A program made the translations under genes and the position numbers. A stretch of DNA of 64,000 nt, from the NCBI RefSeq assembly GCF_009914755.1, contig NC_060934.1, one strand, 5' to 3'. The notes beneath the pieces are model-generated. The model was not told the origin of the DNA and did not search any database. It saw only the letters and a list, made by a program, of their open reading frames with translations. The DNA is from the human T2T-CHM13v2.0 reference genome, Homo sapiens. This document shows positions 40,793 to 56,160 of this stretch, piece after piece; position 1 is the stretch's first letter; every line of letters starts with the position of its first letter.

Positions 40793-42907
40793 TAGCCAGG
40801 ATGGTCTCGATCTCCTGACCTCGTGGTCTCCCTGCCTCGGCCTCCCAAAGTGCTGGGATTACAGGTGTGAGCCACTGCGCCTGGCCTGTTGAACTTTTAA
40901 CATACTTCCCTGTGCTCTAGCCACAGCCACACTGGTTCCCGTTAGCTAAATTTTTAACCATACAGTATTGTCATTTGCATGCTGTAGTTAAGAGCTTCCA
41001 GAGGTTACATGCACTAGATCTTAACAGCTTAGCCCTCATGAATAACATGTTATCTTCCACCATCTCAGGGAAGCAGTGATACCGTGGAGTGAGAAAAGTG
41101 CATTCTCTCAGGATTTCTGCCGTGTTTTCATGCTGAGGTGTGACAGAGTATTTCCAGTCCCCTAACTCTGGTCCATGACCTTAAGTTAGGTGGGAATAAC
41201 CTTAGGAAGTGCCCTTTCCCCATGTGGTCCTTTACAACCTTCAAAACTCCCAAGGATGGACCCAACTTGACAAACATCAACAGCTCCCCGTGTCCCAAAG
41301 GTGGACAGTCGGAGAACCTGGGGAGTGAGCCTGCTTCTGCACAGCTAATCAAACATCACACCTTTTGTGCGAGGTCTGGGAGAGCTGGTTTGGAATGGCA
41401 AACACTCGATTCAACCTCCAGACAGCACGGGGTAACCAGGAGGGGCAGTGGTCAAGGTCCCATGAGGAGTGACTCAGCAGGTGCTTTGTCTACATGGCTC
41501 GCTCCCACGGAAACCCAGGGCAGGTGGGAAGGGATTTTCCCCTTGAGGAGTGTTCCCTGGGGAGTTTGCCTCTTTCCCCCATTAACTATTTCTCCAGACA
41601 ATGCTGAGCTTCTGAAACCGCAACTTCCCAGGGAGCCTTACCGTGGCAAATGCGTCTGAGTGTTTCTCAGAGAGGCCTGGGCACCCACGGCCTGTGTGCT
41701 CTCAGCTTCCTTCATTGTTCCGGGCCTCGGTTTCCTTATCTATAAATTGGGAATGTGAAAGGCTCTCTTGAAGCCTTGCTCTCGGGACTAGAAATAACTC
41801 ACGTAAAGCAAGGGGCTGTGGCGTGCACACTGTCATCTGGAAAGCACTGCTCTGACCTGGGCTGCTTGTCTCAGAACACAGAAATGAGGCCAGGCCACTG
41901 GTCCGAGCTCCCTCGCCCATTAGGCCAGACTGTAATCGGTTCTGTGTTTACAGAAGTTCAACAAGATGTAGTTTACCTCAACCGTGAAACACCTGCTAAT
42001 ACAGACCTCAAGGGTGCTGTGAAGATTAAACAGCTTCACGCTCATCGAAAGCTTGGAGCTCCACAACATTCAACAAATGTCGGCTGTCACTGTTGCGCAG
42101 ACGCTCAAGCCTCCCACTCTGCCATTCAAGGGTCTGGGGACAGGCATGAGATGATAGTGTGACTGGGAAAGTAGCGGTGGGGGTGGAAGCCAGGGCAGGC
42201 TCAGGAGGCTCAAGACCTGGCACTGTTCAGTGGCTGGGATGGGGTCTGGCCTCTGCAGGCCCTGCCTGGCTCCTTGTGTGTCCACTAGTCACCACCACAG
42301 CAGATCAAACCAGCACACAGAAATGCCTGTGCTTCAGAGGAAGTCACTTACATAAAAATTTCATGTTTAAAAGGGAAATACATACAAGTTACTTTCATGA
42401 TTTTATAGGTTCTCAGCAGTCAGAAAAAGTAGCACATCTATTAATGAGAAATAGTTTACAATACAGTTCTCAGATGATGTGCTTGTTTGAATTAATTCTC
42501 CTGACGGCATCCACCCGTGGTGTCCCGAGCACACGTCCTGATGCAGCAATAGTGACATGTTGTTTTATTTACTAATGTCCCCACGTGTTTAGTACAGGGT
42601 CTGCCGCACAGCTGGAGCTCAGTAAGCGTCTGTTGAATTCAGTTGCGATTCACTAAACACCCTGAGGTGTACTCCTAGAATTTCTTCTTCCAGTCACTGG
42701 GGCACAAGCCCTGCCTAGATTTTCATATACAAAATGTTAGGTTTGAAGAAATGGAAGAAATGCTGTTTTCTTAGGTGCAGTCAAGGAGCGACTTTCAAGG
42801 GAGCTCCACTGCGTGGCGAATCGTCTGAATGCACACAGGTCTCTTGGGGTGGACGTGACAGAAGCCAGGCAGTGTGAAGTGGGAAACACAATAGGAAGGC
42901 AAGAATT

Positions 42908-44248
42908 GTGGCCCGGCCTAGTACAAGGTAGGCCTGTCGCGTAATGTGCAGCCCGGCCTAGTAGAAGGTAGGCCTGTCACGTAATGTGTGGACCCAGCCT
43001 AGTAGAACGTAAGCCTGTCGTGCAACGTGTGGACCCGGCCTAGTAGAATGTAAGCCTCTCGCGCAACGTGTGGACCCGGCCTAGTAGAAGGTAGGCCTGT
43101 CACGTAATGTGTGGACCCAGCCTAGTAGAATGTAGGCCTGTCGTGCAACGTGTGGACCCGGCCTAGTAGAATGTAAGCCTGTCGTGCAACGTGTGGACCC
43201 GGCCTAGTAGAAGGTAGGCCTGTCACGTAATGTGTGGACCCAGCCTAGTAGAATGTAGGCCTGTCGTGCAACGTGTGGACCCGGCCTAGTAGAATGTAAG
43301 CCTGTCGCGTAACGTGTGGACCCGGCCTAGTAGAATGTAAGCCTGTCGTGCAACGTGTGGACCCGGCCTAGTAGAAGGTAGGCCTGTCGCATAAGGTGCG
43401 GCCCGCCCTAGTAGAAGGTAGGTGCTGCGTAATGTGCGGCCCGGCTTAGTAGAATGTAGGCCTATCATGCAACGTGTGGACCCGGCCTAGTAGAATGTAA
43501 GCCTGTCGCGTAACGTGTGGACCCGGCCTAGTAGAATGTAAGCCTGTCGTGCAACGTGTGGACCCGGCCTAGTAGAAGGTAGGCCTGCCGCGTAATGTGT
43601 GGCCCGGCTTAGTAGAATGTAGGCCTATCATGCAACGTGTGGACCCTGCCTAGTAGAATGTAGGCCTGCCGCGTAATGTGCGGTCCGGCCTAGTAGAAGG
43701 TAGGCCTGTCGTGTAATGTGTGGATCCAGCCTAGTAGAAGGTAGGCCTGTTGCGTAATGTGCGGCCCGGCCTAGTAGAAGGTAGATGCCGCGTAATGTGT
43801 GGCCGGCCTAGTAGAAGGTAGGCCTGCCGTGTAATGTGTGGCCCGGCTTAGTAGAATGTAGGCCTATCATGCAACGTGTGGACCCTGCCTAGTAGAATGT
43901 AGGCCTGTCACGTGATGTGTGGCCCGGCCTAGTAGAAGGTAGGCCTGTCATGTAACGTGTGGCCTGGCCTAGTAGAAGGTAGGCCTGTCGTGTAATGTGT
44001 GGACCTGGCCTAGTAGAATGTAGGCCTGTCATGTAATGTGTGGACCCGGCCTAGTAGAAGGTAGGCCTGTCATGTAACGTGTGGACCCGGCCTAGTAGAA
44101 GGTAGGCCTGTCGTGCAACGTGTGGACCCAACCTAGTAGAAGGTAGGCCTGTCACGTAATGTGCAGCCCGGCCTAGTAGAAGGTAGGCCTGTTGTGTAAT
44201 GTGTGGACCCGGCCTAGTAGAACATAGGCCTGTCATGTAATGTGTGGA
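42908..44248. repeat. 41-bp VNTR, about 33 copies
   Basis: Unit cctagtagaaggtaggcctgtcacgtaatgtgtggacccgg with many variants. Confidence 0.96.
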
Positions 44249-44369
44249 ACTCGCTTTCTTGTCTGCAAAATGAGACACTTGAGGAACAGATCTTTCACTT
44301 AGCAGAGAGGAATCAGTGGCATGAGTTTAAATCAGTGAGTCTACCATAAGGTATTTAAATAATGCTGAA

Positions 44370-44869
<500 letters not shown>

Positions 44870-44874
44870 TAGAG

Positions 44875-45102
44875 TTCTTTTTCTTGTTATTATTCCCTAA
44901 ACAATATAGTACAACTATTTATATATCATTTACATTGTATTAGGTATTATAAATCACCTAGAGATGACAAAGTACACAGGAGGATTGCATAGGTTATATG
45001 CAAATACTATGCCATTTTATACCAGGGACTTGAGCATCCACTGATTTGGGTGTCCACAGGGATTCCTGGAACCAATGCTCCACCCATACCAAGGGATGAC
45101 TA
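44875..45102. mobile_element. MER2 (TcMar-Tigger) fragment
   Basis: ttattccctaaacaat...aggttatatgcaaatactatgccattttata...ataccaagggatgact. Confidence 0.8.
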
Positions 45103-45329
45103 CATACAAAGACCCTGATGAAAGGCAAGGGTGGACTGAGGTCACTGGGTGTGGGGGTGGGTGAGGCAACTCTACCCACACTGCCACACTTTAAAAGTGA
45201 GCCCCCCGCCTAGGGTGTGCCAGATGAACTACCCTATCCCATAGGCTATTTCTATAGAGTTACAAACAGAATAATGGGGCTGAAGAATGAGGCCACACAT
45301 TCAGGAGCCACCTCTAGGCTGGAAACAGT

Positions 45330-46510
45330 ATTTCCACTATTCACTTTTCTTCATCAGTCTTGCCCCAGGTTTGACCATTTAGTCTTTTCCTTATCAACTT
45401 TTGTTTTATACAGCATGAATTTCTGCTCATTCCTTCATTTTATTTGTTCTTTTACTTTATTTTGCTGTTCTTAAATTTAAGATGGATGTTTACCTCGTTA
45501 ACTTTCAGGTAGAATTTTGTACTCATGTACAGAGAAACGAGTTTCTCTTTGTAAGTCAATTTTCGCATTCTATATTTCAAGGTTACGTTATTGGTTTACA
45601 TTAAAGTTATCTTTATGAATTAAACATTTATTGTACTTATTAACACATTTGGGTTTATAGCTACCATATTATTTGTGGTTTTTCCATTTTTTTGTTTCTT
45701 TTCACTTTTTTCTTGCCTTCATTTCAATTAGCTTTTGTTAACCATTTTAGATTTTTTTCTACTAATTTGGAAGTTATACATTCTGCTTGTGTAGTTATAA
45801 TCATTAACCTAGGAATTATAACAGGGATACTTAATTTACCAAGTCTTAAGTTCATCAGTACTTTACCCTAGTTCTGAAAGTAGGACCTAGAACTCTTAAC
45901 TCTATCCCTTTCTTGATTTATAGGCTTTATTAATTATGTGTTAAAATGTAATAAGATATTACTATTGTTTTTTATGCACTTTATTTGTTCCTCATTCTGA
46001 TCACTTTGCTTCTATTGCAAGTATATTATTTAAACTTTCTTTTACAAAGGGTTGGCTTATGGTAAGATTTCTCAGTGTTCCTTTGTCTGTAAATGTTTTT
46101 CTCCTCATCCTTAAAGGATATTTTCTCTGGGCATCGAATTCTAGTTTGGCAGCATTGTTTGTTTCCCACCCCCCCTCCTTAATATTGAAGATATTCCACT
46201 GTCTCCTGTCTCTCAATGTTACTGTTGAGCAGTCAGCTGTCACACTCACTGTTGCTCTTTTGATGGCAATCTGGCTTTTCCTTTCAGTTGCTTTTAACAA
46301 ATTGTTCTTGGCTTTGGTATTCTGCATTCTGTCTATGATTTCTTATTTATCGTTCTGGTACTTTATCTTTCCTGGAAAAATCTTAGTCTTTATATCTTCA
46401 ACCATTGCCTCCTTCCCTTGCTCCTTCTCCTGTCCTTCTGGAGTACTTATTGGACAAACATTTGCTCTCAATCCTACCGGTCTTCTCAATCTATTTCAAT
46501 CTGCTTAAGT
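45330..46510 (-). mobile_element. Old L1 fragment
   Basis: T-rich; ttgaagatattccactgtct...gttgagcagtcagctgtca. Confidence 0.65.
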
Positions 46511-46925
46511 TCAGTGTTGTGTGTTTTCCATTTGCCCCTCCAGATTGTGTCTTCCTCTGCCCTGCTCTATGCCCCTGGAAGTTGACTTCTACAGACTGGA
46601 TGTCCAGGCCCTCTTGCATTCTGGCTGTTGGGTTAGTCAAAGGGAGGCCCCAGCAGAATTATAAGGAGGAGAGACTGCTCTGGTTATTAATTTCTCTCAC
46701 TCCCTTTCTGCAGGGCTGAGCCTTGGTGTCACTGTGTTCCTCTATGGCTGTGGCTCCCACCTAGGGCCCTTCTACATGGTTTTAGCATTTGCTAGGTTCT
46801 ATCATTGCCTTAACCCTCAGTCCTATGAATTGTGATGGCTTCCCACAGTTGCCAGTTAACTGGGTCCTTTGTCATCCTTTGTTGGTTCTTTTAACCCAGC
46901 TAACACTTCTGTTAATAGTGTCTTC
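46510..46925. mobile_element. ERVL-type LTR (LTR33-like)
   Basis: tttgcccctccagat...ccctgctctatgcccctggaag motif. Confidence 0.55.
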
Positions 46926-47205
<280 letters not shown>

Positions 47206-48739
47206 TTACTTCCAAGACACAGTGGAGATATAGGCAGCATTGGGTAAACATTCCCATTCCAAAAGGGAGAAATCAGCCAAAAGAAAGGCACTACAGGCCC
47301 CAGGCAAACAAAACCTAGCAGGAGTCATTAAATCTTAAGGCTCCAAAATAACCTCCTTTGACTCCATGTCTCACATCCAGGGCACACGGCTGCAAGGGTG
47401 GTCTCCCAAGGCCTTGGGCAGCTCTGCCCCTGTGGCTTTGCAGGGTTCAGCCCCCTGGGCTGCTCTCACCAGTTGGAGTTGAATGCTTGTGGCTTTTCCA
47501 GGTGTAGGGTGCAAGCTGCTGGTGGATCTACCATTCTGGTTTCTGGAGGATGATGGTCCCCTTCTCATAGCTCCACTAGGCAGTGCCCCAGTGGGGACTC
47601 TGTGTGGGGGCTCCAACCTCACATTTCCCCTTGGCACTGCCATGGCAGAGGTTCTCTGTGAGGGCTCTCTCCCTGCAGCAGGCTTCTCTGTGCACTCAGA
47701 ATTTCTCATACATCCTCTGAAATCTAGGTGGAGGCCACCAAGAGTTCTTCATCCTTGCATTCTGTGCACCTGCATGCTTAACACCATGCAGGAGCTGCCA
47801 ACGGTTATGTTCTCCAAAGTGGCGGTCCAAGCTATAACTGGGCCCCTTTGAACCACGGCTGCAGCTAAGCAGCTGAAATGTGGGAAGCAGTGTCCCAAGG
47901 CTGTGCAGGGCAATGGATACCCTGGGCCTGACCCGTGAAACCATTCTGCCCTCCTAGGCCTCTGGGCCTATGATGGGAGGGGCTCCTGGGAAGATCTCTG
48001 AAATGCCTTCAAGCCTTTTTCCCCATTATTTTGGCTCGCTTTTAGTTATGCAAATATCCCTAGCAAGTGGTCATTCTGCAGCCTGCTTTAGTTCCTCTCC
48101 TTAAAAAGCTTTTTCTTTCTGTGCCACATGGCCAGGCTGCAGATTTTCCAAAGTTTTATACTCTGCTTCCTGTTTAAATGTAAGTTCCAACATTAGGTCA
48201 TTTCTTTGCTCCCCCATCTGAGGTAAGCTGTTAGAATTAGCCAGGCTATCTCTTGAACACTTTGCTGCTTAGTAATTTCTTCTGTCAGATGCCCTAAAGC
48301 ATCACTTTTTAGTTCAAACTTCCACAGATCCCCAGGGCACGACTAGAATGCAGCCAAGCTCTTTGCTAAGGCATAACAAGGGTGACTTTTGATCCAGTTC
48401 CCAATAATTTCCTCATTTCTATCTGAGACCTCAGCAGCCTGGACTTCACTGTCCATATCACTATCAGTATTTCGGTCACAACCACTGAACCAGTCTCTAA
48501 GATGTTCTAAGCTTTCCCTCATCATCCTGTCTTCCTCTGAGCCCTCCAAAGTCTTCCAACCTCTGCCTATTACCTAGTTCCAAAGTTAATTTTATGTTTT
48601 CAGGTATCTTTATAGCAATGCTCCACTCGTTGGTACCAATTTTCTGTGATCCAAACACCTTGCACGAGGCCCCACCTCCAGCACTGGGGATTACAATTCA
48701 ATATGAGATTTGGGTGGGAAAAATATCCAAACTATATCA
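47206..48739. mobile_element. MST/THE1-type MaLR internal region plus a truncated LTR
   Basis: gggcagctctgcccctgtggctttgcagg, ggcagtgccccagtggggactctg, ggtaccaattttctgt, LTR end atccaaactatatca. Confidence 0.88.
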
Positions 48740-48797
48740 CTAAGTAATATTTAGATAACTTTAAAGGGTGTTTAAAACATATTTTAGGTACTTTGTA

Positions 48798-49622
48798 CTT
48801 TTTTTTTGTTTCGTTTTGTTTTTTGAGATGGAGTCTCACTCTGTCGCCCAGACTGGAGTGCAGTGGTACGATCTCGGCTCACCGCAACCTCTGCTACCCA
48901 GGTTCAAGTGATTCTCCTGCTCAGCTTCCAGAGTAGCTGGGATTACAGGCGCCTGCCACTGTGCCCAGCTAATTTTTGTAGTTTTAGTAGATATGGGGTT
49001 TCATATCTTGGCCAGGCTGGTCTTGAACTCCTGACCTCATGATCCACCTGCCTCGGCCTCCCAAAGTGCTGGATTACAGGCATGAGCCACCGCACCCAGC
49101 CATGTACTGTTTTCAATGAGACTGTTCTTTATCCCTAGCTGACCATGTAAAAGAAATGGCACTTGTTTTAAAATTTGTTATTATGTGTGGAACAGATAAT
49201 GTCTGAAATTGCCTGAATCTAGCAGCAGGCAGCAGGGTAAACATGCTTTTAGCATATATGTGCTAATCAAAGCTATTCTTTGATTAGCTACTTTTTTTTT
49301 TGATCTGCTACTTCTTCAACCTATAGCTTTTTTTTCTTTCTTTCTTTCTTTTTTTTTTTTTTTTTGAGATGGAATCTTACTATGTTGCCCAGGCTGGAGT
49401 GCAGTGGCACAATCTTGGCTCACTGCAACCTCCTGCCTCAAGCAATTTTCCTGCTTCAGCCTACAGGTGCATGTAACTATGCCCAACTAGGTTTTGTATT
49501 TTTAGTAGAGATGGAGTTTTGCCATGTTGGCCAGGCTGGTCTCGAACTCCTGACCTCCAGTGATCTGCCACCTTGGCCTCCCAAAGTGCTGCGATTACAG
49601 GCGTGAGACACTGCGCCCAGCC
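48798..49622 (-). mobile_element. Alus at about 48798-49101 and 49328-49622
   Basis: Alu consensus motifs. Confidence 0.92.
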
Positions 49623-50614
49623 TCAACCTATAACTTTTTATATTTTAAAAAATAATTTGGACTAGACCACATTTTCTCATGGCAGAGTGGGCCAGTCAAG
49701 TAAAAAGGGAAAAAAGAGCAAATTGTGATGAGTTGACAAGATGGAAAACACTATCTAGATAAAGCCACATATAGCAGGCAATAACATATTGCCTCAAAAT
49801 ATGAAATCATGAAGTTTTTACATATATACTTCTAAAATTTACTATTTAAAGTTATTAAAATTCTGTATGATTCAATTTTCTCCACCAATCACATGGCCTT
49901 CCTAGTACTTTCCCATTTTGAATGTGTTTCAACTTCTGTTTACGGAGTATTGGCATGGCAGTCTGCCACAGAAATTTTGAAAATGAGAATAGCTTAAAAT
50001 AAAAAAGTGGTCTGCATTAATCCCAATGGAAAGTGAGCTATGAAGATGATCAGCTGAAACAGACTATAAGGCGAAAGGAAACAGGATAGGAGTTATTTGC
50101 TGGGTAGGGATCATTCACAAGAGTTCTTTCATGTTTTCTTAAGAGTTTGGAATTCCTACTTTGTCAGTCCCCAGGTATACTGATGCTTTAATGGAGTTTT
50201 TAAATGAATGAACATTTATGAAGGAAGACCTGCATTAGTCAATATTAGCCTGGGACAGAGGAACAGAAGAGGGGTTATTACCTTTCTCTTTATGTATTGG
50301 TCATAGGTTCGGATTTTCTAAACTTAAGTATTTTGACATTATTCGTTGTAGCATATTTGGATTAATTATCAGTTGAGCACAGATTTAAAGAGCATCTTCT
50401 TTAGATGCCAATGCAGTAGGCATCAGTACTGTTTACAGATAACTCTGTTATTCTCAACTCACTGTCCAGAAATAGGCCCATGGGAGCTGAGACGGAAACA
50501 TTTAATTGTCAAATTCATTCCCCTTTCCTCAGCATAGCTATTGTCAACCTTTACTCCAGGAGTCTGCTCCCTCAATGACCATCCTGAACAGAGGCCCCTG
50601 CTGACCTATGGTGA

Positions 50615-51007
50615 GTATCTTAACCAGCTTGGGCTGCCATAACAAAATACCAGACTGAGTGGCTTAAACAACAGAAAATTTTCTTTTCACAGTTTTGGAG
50701 ACTGGAAGGTCCAGATCAGGACACCAGCATAGTTGGGTTCTGGTGCAGCCTCTTCCTGGCTTGTGGAAAGCCGCCTTCTCTCTGTGCTCACATGGTCTCT
50801 CCTTGGTGCAAGCATGGGGTCGGGGAAGCCTGGGAGCAGCTCTCTGGTGTCTTTTCTCATAAGTGTGCTAATTCCATCAGGAGAGCTCCAGCCTCGTGAC
50901 CTTTTCTGAACCGAATTACCTCCCCAAGGCTCCATCTCCAAACACCTTAACACTGGGAGACAGGGCTTTCACGTATGAATTTGGGGAGACTTAATTTGGT
51001 CCACAGC
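50615..51007. mobile_element. MLT1A-type LTR
   Basis: gggctgccataacaaaataccagactgagtggcttaaacaacag. Confidence 0.85.
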
Positions 51008-51954
51008 AGTGGGCGTGGAGCATCAGAGAGAAATAACTGATGCTGAGATTTGGAGACTATTTGTTATCACAGGATAATTTAGACTGTCCAGACACATACA
51101 TTCTGATAGTGAATACTATTATTTTTATACTTCTATGCTTTTGTGAGGAAATAATATGTTTTTAATTAAAAATAATAGCAGGAAAGGCACTTAGCTTACT
51201 ATTAGTCTAGAAGTTGGTGGCAGGGCTGGAATTGAAATTTTAAGCCTCCTCCCTCTGGAAAACGGAAATTGCTAAAGCATTATGGTTTCCTTGTGCAGAC
51301 CTTCAAAATCAATTATTAAACTTGTGACAATGACGTCACATCATCAAAGTGAATTTTTTTCACTGTTTTTAACCTGAGGGTCAGACATCACAACCACCTG
51401 CTTAACCAGCTTCCAGAAACACTAAGGATTCAGATGTCTGTTGCAACATGAAACTTGTCTTTGCTTATCTCGAGTATCTTTTTGGGTACAGCACAGAATG
51501 CTAATCTTAAGAAATTCTGCCTGCAGATATTTAGAATCATTTGGAAATTGATCATACAAGCATAAGTACATGCATTCCAAATACGTGTATGATTATTATC
51601 ACAAATCTTCTCTAGGAAAAGAGATCGCAAGATTTCCATTAAACCTAAAATTGTTCCTTTATGGAACAGCAGAATGCAAAGAATGTTTTTAACAGTGTGT
51701 CAATAGAATGACTCGTACTCAACCCATAGAAACACCCCTTATCAGCAGCTCTGACGTGAGCAAGGGCAGAAGTTCATTAGCACAGGTGCCTGTCATGATC
51801 CACGCACAGGAACGGAATTCTCACAGAAGAAACACAACCTGTCTGCATATGCAAACAGTGCTTTAGTGAAACACAGGTGCTGGGGGATTATTGACAGCAT
51901 ATGACCCCAAGTGCAATCCATCATGTACCTCCATTTAAATACCAAACAATTCAT

Positions 51955-52770
51955 GACCAGCCTGGACAACATGGCGAAATCTCCCCTCTACTAAAAAATA
52001 CAAAAAGTAGCCAGGTGTGGTGGCATGTACCTGTAGTCCCAGCTACTCGGGAGGCTGAGGCACTTAAATCTGAGAATTGCTTAAACCTGGGAGGTGGAGG
52101 TTGCAGTGAGCCAAGATCACACCATTGCACTCCAGCCTAGGCGACAGAGTGAGACCCTGTCTCATAAATAAATAAACAAACAAACAAATACCAAACAAGG
52201 TAATAACTCTACAGAGGTCAAGAACAAAGCCACTCTCGGCTGGCAGTGCAAAAGGAGAGTGGCTTTGGAGTTCCATGCGCCCTGAACGCACCTCATTGTG
52301 TCTCTCCAGCTGTGTGACGGTGAGCAAGCACTCAACCACCTCAAAGCCAGCACTCTTGTCTGTGAAACAGAGACAATCACACCCACCTCACTATGCTGTC
52401 CCGAGAAGAAAGCAAGTGACCTGGCACATGGTGGAGGCTCCCTGCATTGCAGTTGTTAAGGTTCAACGATAATTTAATGAATAGAACAAAAGTTTAGCAA
52501 ATATTATTGTAACTAAGCAGCTAATAAGAACATAGATAATACATAATGCATAATTAATAATACACAATCTCTTTGCTCACTTATTAATGCCTGTAGAATA
52601 GGGTTAGTGAAAAGCTAAAATAATTCACATAAAGTATTTTTAACATGCCTGGTAGATAGTAAGTGAGCAAAGAGTGAAGAAACAGAGGCTTGGGGAAGCT
52701 GAGACATTTTCCCAGGATCACAGCGGGTGGAGCTGTATCTCAGAAATGAAGCTCACAGTCTTAACTCACT
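51955..52770. mobile_element. Partial Alu (51955-52190) followed by MIR fragments
   Basis: Alu motifs; MIR core gaagaaacagaggct...cccaggatcacagc. Confidence 0.7.
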
Positions 52771-53324
52771 GTGTAATTCTGCAGAGAATGTCAGGCTGCA
52801 CCTTTGGCCCGGAGGGTGGCTCTCATGCCATTGCTGCCTTCCACCTAAGGAGGTGTTTCCTTAGACCTCCCTGTTGACAGCTTTCCTCTTTATGGCACAG
52901 TGTGGAGTTCTGACCCACTTCAGGGTTGTGCAGAGGGGGTCTGACAGTACTGTAATTCAGTAGGACTACTTGAGTATTGCAGAAGCCTGATTCCAACCGC
53001 TACAGCCCCTACATCAGGAACTTACTCAAGCCAACATTCAATCAACGGAGTTCCACAGTCACTGTGAATGCTCTTGGCAGTGCTGCCTGAGGTGAGGGAT
53101 GGCAAAAAAGTAAGACACAGTTCCTGTCCACGAAGAGCTGGCTACTTCTTTTGGAAACAAGATGTACACAAGGAAGCATCTAGGTACAAAGCAGCATGTG
53201 ACTCGTTCTGAATGAGTTCCTGTGGGGATCCAGGGAAGTGGCCGACGGGCCCAATGGAGCACTCATAGGACCCTCTAAGACCGGATGCCTACTGATGGCT
53301 AATCCCCATTAAAGGCTCCTTTCA

Positions 53325-54585
<1,261 letters not shown>

Positions 54586-54629
54586 GAATAATAGGACTTG
54601 TTTAAAAGGATTGGAGAGTGGGGGGCATC

Positions 54630-54880
54630 CCAGATGCGTGAGAAGCAGTATAGCTAATGGTTAGAAGCAGGTTTGCTGGAGCCAGGCTGCCTGGGTTCAA
54701 AGCCCACCTCTGCTGCCTGTTAGCTTGTCAGCTGCACAACCACGGGGTGCTTTCGAGCCTTGTGTGCCTTTGTTTCCCCATGCACTTCATGAGGCTGTTG
54801 CAGAAATTAAACGAGTTAATATATAGTCAGCAGCTCTGAACACTGCTTGACTGAGTCAGCCCTACCTAACGTTTAATTTA
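54630..54880 (+). mobile_element. MIR
   Basis: ctggagccaggctgcctgggttcaaagccc...aaattaaacgagttaatata. Confidence 0.8.
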
Positions 54881-55029
54881 AGGGATGTGGCCCTGGGTTC
54901 CCAAAGGGAGCGGCCACTCTATTCACAAACATAAAAGCAGTAAAGGCTCCATCCTCATCAACCTTCTCCTCAGTTGGACCCCACAGGACTGTCTCTCGCA
55001 ACTGTTCCCTGGGCTCTCCTAAGGCACTG

Positions 55030-56160
55030 CGCGGAACCAGCTGCACCTCTTTTGCCTTAGATCAGGCTTTCCCTTCTCCGCCCGTTTTGGGATTTAACAA
55101 GCACGAGAAAGCAGGGCTGCAGGGAAGCCGCGAGGGCCTCCTCACCACGGCCCGGGATCAAGTCCCACGCGCGAGGCCGGGGTAGGGGCGTCATCTGCTC
55201 CACACCCAGAGGCTGGGCACGCCCCGCACGCGCGGCTTCCTCCTCCTTTGCGGGGCTCGCCGCGACCCAGGACCCCCAGACTCCCGGATCCCCTAGACCC
55301 TCTGGACTCCTAAGCCCCGCAACTCCCAAATCCCAAGACCCCGGACCCTCGAACCCTGGCCCAGGGCGCATGGCTGGGGGCCTGAACCCGCTCCAGAAAC
55401 CCGCAGGGCAGTCTGTCGGAAACCCCCGCTTTACTCAGCAGGAATTTAGTCTCCGCGCTCCCCCTAAAACCCGGGCGTCCTCTCCTCTGTACCCTCGCTC
55501 CTGGGGCCCTCACACGCCCTCCGTGGCTGACCTCCAAGCCGGGCGGGTGCGCTGTGCGACGCGGAAAGCGCCGTAGAGCACGCAGAACACGATTGGCTGA
55601 GCTCCCGGAAGTGACGTACCTCAACCGCCCGACAGTGGAAGTCCCACCTGCGCCCGACGGCGGAAGTTCCGGGAGTGCCAAGTACCCGCGTGCATACGGC
55701 TGCCGGCATGGCACATTACAACTTCAAGAAAATTACGGTGGTGCCGTCCGCCAAGGTAGGCGGCCCCGGGAGGGCCACTGCAACTTTCGCGTTCTCCTCA
55801 GCTGGGTCCCCGGGGAGGGTCCGGGCCTGTAGCCGTGGGAGAGCGGTCGCCTTCCGCTCGCCCATCCCCCGCTCCTGGGCCTGACCGTCTGGCCGCGTAC
55901 TCGGGATCATTTCCCCTCCCCCAGCAGAATCCGGGGTCCACCAGAGATCGGATCCCCCAGAGACCGGGGTCCACCTAAGACCGTGGTCCACCCAAAGACT
56001 GAGGGCCCCCAGAGATCGGGGTACACCCAGAGTTGGGTTCCCTGGAGGGGCCCCGGGTGACGATGTGGGCGAGTGGAGGGGGACCCCGACATGTGAGGGA
56101 GGAAGCGTTCCGTGGTCCGTGATGAGCCTTCGGATTCTGGGTTTGGCGTAGCCCCCTCCC
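55030..56160. promoter_or_regulatory. GTPBP4: CpG island / GTPBP4 promoter
   Basis: Very GC- and CpG-rich around exon 1; reverse CCAAT at 55592-55596, CCGGAAGTGACGT at 55605-55617, more GGAAGT sites to 55671; no TATA box seen. Confidence 0.9.
55708..55755 (+). CDS. GTPBP4: GTPBP4/NOG1 coding exon 1 (MAHYNFKKITVVPSAK)
   Basis: ATG in strong Kozak context (GCCGGCATGG), recognisable NOG1 N-terminus, donor AAG|GTAGGC at 55756, 48 nt, phase 0. Confidence 0.97.

Noticed and set aside
41970-42135. Minus-strand exon-like segment with AG/GT ends
   Set aside because: The sequence resembles a MIR core; no coding support.
42908-44248. CRISPR-like array (palindromic constant part plus variable part)
   Set aside because: Variable parts are short and homologous to each other, there are no cas genes, and the context is primate; it is a minisatellite.
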